From assembly GCF_004010195.1 (NCBI RefSeq), contig NC_057758.1, forward strand, positions 5,391,758 through 5,455,757: a stretch of 64,000 bases of DNA, written 5' to 3'. Origin of the DNA: Chiloscyllium plagiosum (taxonomy: Eukaryota). Below, in pieces: positions 61,482 to 64,000 of the stretch. How positions within the stretch are numbered: the first letter of the stretch is position 1; each line of letters starts with the position of its first letter. Under the pieces are notes generated by a model. It worked only from the letters and a program-made list of their open reading frames with translations, was not told the DNA's origin and did not search any database. A program made the translations under genes and the position numbers.

Positions 61482-61688
61482 TTAGGACTGCAGATGCTGG
61501 AGATCATAGCTGAAAATGTGTTGCTGGAAAAGCGCACAGGTCAGGCAGCATCCAAGGAGCAGGTGAATCGACGTTTCGGGCATGAGCCTTTCTTCAGGAA
61601 TTGTACCCTCTTGCCCGAAACGTCGATTCACCTGCTCCTTGGATGCTGCCTGACCTGCTGCGCTTTTCCAGCAACACATTTTCAGCTC
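61482..61688. mobile_element. Palindromic Penelope-derived element
   Basis: ~75-bp inverted arms (61508-61582 / 61612-61687); antisense hammerhead core at 61568-61597. Confidence 0.9.
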
Positions 61689-61689
61689 T

Positions 61690-62840
61690 ACTCTTTTTTC
61701 TAGTTTAGTTTAGTTTTTGCTGGGGACCCCAACAAGCTGCTGGAAAAAAAAGAGACTCAATATTTCAACTAATGGTTCCTGTTTGATCCTCTCTGCGAAC
61801 TCTCTCTCCTGTAAGAATCTGTGTTTTATTTTACTTTTTTTTGGCAAAGCATGTGTTGATCGGATTTTGCAGGAAATCAGATTTGTTCTTTGTTAAGTTA
61901 TAAGGTATATCATGTTGATCGACCTGGCAAATAGTTGTCATTCTAAACTTTGTTTTCATTTGCTTGCGTTTCATTTGGAACACTGTAAATAAATTATGTT
62001 CTGCTTATAACTGAGAGGTTTGACGAACTGCAATATTCACCGTACGCCTATTTAAAACCACTAAAAATGTTAGCGTCCGGACCACATGTTTGAAATGTTT
62101 AGTGGGGTTCTGGCCTTATCCATCACAATAGTATCGATCGTAAAATTCCATATTTTGTAAAGGCCAGTACAAGATGCTGTGTTCATATTGTGATTCGATT
62201 TGACTAACAGTAGGCTGTAAATCAAACAGCCTTAATTCTTGATACACAGTAACGATGCAAGAAAAAAAAAAGAATGAAATACATTTAACTCAATTCGAAT
62301 ACGAACCAAATAATACACTTTCAAATACTAATCATCAACTTTACAATTTCGATAGCATCTCATAAATACACAGTTGGCCACGTGCTGTCTCTCTCCAGTC
62401 CAGAAGAAAGAAACTATCAGCTCCTTTCATTTGTTAAGAAGACTCCTCCCTATTTAAGACATTCCTCCAGCAGAGAACGCCAGTTTTTCAGTTGAGTAGG
62501 AGCATAAACTTCCGCAATAACTGAAGCCAATTCTAAAATGAGCATGGGGGTGTAAAAAGAAACTCTGACCATCCGTTCCATTCACATAGCTAATAATTTT
62601 GAGTCTTTCGTCAGTGTGCCAGCCATCTTTGACGTTCAAGAGAAGATCAACCAAGGTTGTCCACACTCCCTTCATACTCTTGCTCCATTTGTCTAACCTT
62701 AAAAAAAATACCAAGCGATAACTCCAGGCCGTTTAGGAACTGACGGTCTGAACCAAACAAACTAGCACGACTGTGTCAAGACCTCGCGGTAATAGCAACA
62801 GGAAAGAATGGATCTCTCTTAAAATCACAGGACTGTCACA
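61690..62840. mobile_element. Two adjacent LTR-like fragments
   Basis: 61690-62128 resembles 21770-22375 and ends catcaca; 62156-62840 runs tgtaa...gtcaca. Confidence 0.35.
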
Positions 62841-62989
62841 GAAACAACGATCGTCGGGGCACTTTGATCACTGTGCCCAGTAAACTAAAACTCCATCTTT
62901 CAGCATGTATTCTATGTCTGTGTCAAAGAAACGTTCCGCTTTTCCACAATGATTGTGGCATTTCTGTCTATTAGTTTGTGGTAATTACT

Positions 62990-64000
62990 CACTGTCGACT
63001 ACCTCCCAAGTGCCAGGAAATTGGATGTCTCTGATCGAATCGAGAAGAATCTGGACGGGGAGGTTGAGTTGGCAGAGGTTGTGGTGCACAATGGCACCGG
63101 TGACATAGCTCGGAAAGAAAGGATGAGGATCTAAAAAGTGATTTCAGGGAGTTAGGTTTGAAGTTAAAAAACAGGCGGAGCAGAAAGGTAATCTCATGAT
63201 TACTACCAGTGTCACGTGCTAGTGAGGCGAGGAACAGGGAGCAACTGCAGCTGAACAGTGGTTACAGGGCTGGTGCAGAAAGGAGGTCTTCAGGTAGGTA
63301 GGTGATTGTAGTACCTTCTGGGTAAGGTTAGACCTGTACATCAAGGACGTGCTGCCCTTAAACTGGAGGGACACAAATACCCTGGGTAGGAGATTTACTA
63401 TAGAACGTCTGGACGGTTAAAACTCGTTTGGCAGGCAGATGATAATCATAGCAAAATAACAGAGGAGAGGAAAGTTGTTGAACGGGCAGAAATAGAATGC
63501 AGAGAGTCTGTTAGGAAGGATACGCAACTGATAGGGAAAAATAAAGCTTGGTTAAAGTGCGCCTGCTTCAATTCAAGGAGTGTCAGGAATAAGAGTGATG
63601 AAAATAAAGCATGGATCATACTTGGAACTACAATGTTGTGGCCATTACAGAGACATGGATTTCACGGGGTGTGGAGGGGGAATGATTGCTGGATGTTGCA
63701 TGGTTTAGTTTTTTATAAAAAAGTCAAGGAGAGGTGTAGAATAGCAGGGAAGTAGCATTGCTAATTGCAGATGAGAATGCTGTTGAGTGGGGGGGGCGGG
63801 GTTGTCGACTGAATCAGTATGGATGGACTTCAGTAAGAAGAAAGGAGCAGTCTCTTTATTATGTGTTTTCTGCAGACCCTCCCAATAGGACCAGAGGGAT
63901 GAAAGAAGAGATTGGATAGCAGATACTGGAAAGATGCAGATGTAAAAGAGTTGTTGTTATGGGTGACTTCAACTTCCCCAATATTGCTTGGAATCTCCTT
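62990..64000 (+). mobile_element. CR1 ORF1 esterase C-terminus and start of ORF2 endonuclease
   Basis: YLPSARKLDVSDR, VVVHNGTGDI, CFNSRSVRNK, VVAITETW and VVVMGDFNFPNIAW. Confidence 0.9.

Overview
Repeat-dense eukaryotic DNA from a draft assembly with five N-gaps. It most likely comes from a cartilaginous fish, inferred from the HE1/V-SINE-like and Deu-SINE-like elements, abundant CR1 LINEs, Penelope-like elements and GPR139/GPR142-like receptor copies. I see no intact protein-coding gene. Most of the window is nested, decayed CR1 fragments, Penelope-like elements (RT plus GIY-YIG, inverted termini, hammerhead ribozyme cores), short Penelope-derived hairpins, SINEs and solo-LTR-like repeats. 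The remaining content is: (1) a decayed class I (gamma/epsilon-like) endogenous retrovirus on the minus strand at about 51.4-57.05 kb, with gag-like, protease-like, RNase H, integrase and gamma-type env motifs and a long open Env cytoplasmic tail; (2) two GPR139-like GPCR pseudogenes carrying the same nonsense codon; (3) a two-exon beta-defensin-like pseudogene at 9.93-10.76 kb that the ORF track misses; (4) a dense CCAAT-box cluster; and (5) several low-confidence relics of short-intron genes. All calls come from manual reading and translation. No searches were run, and repeat boundaries are approximate.
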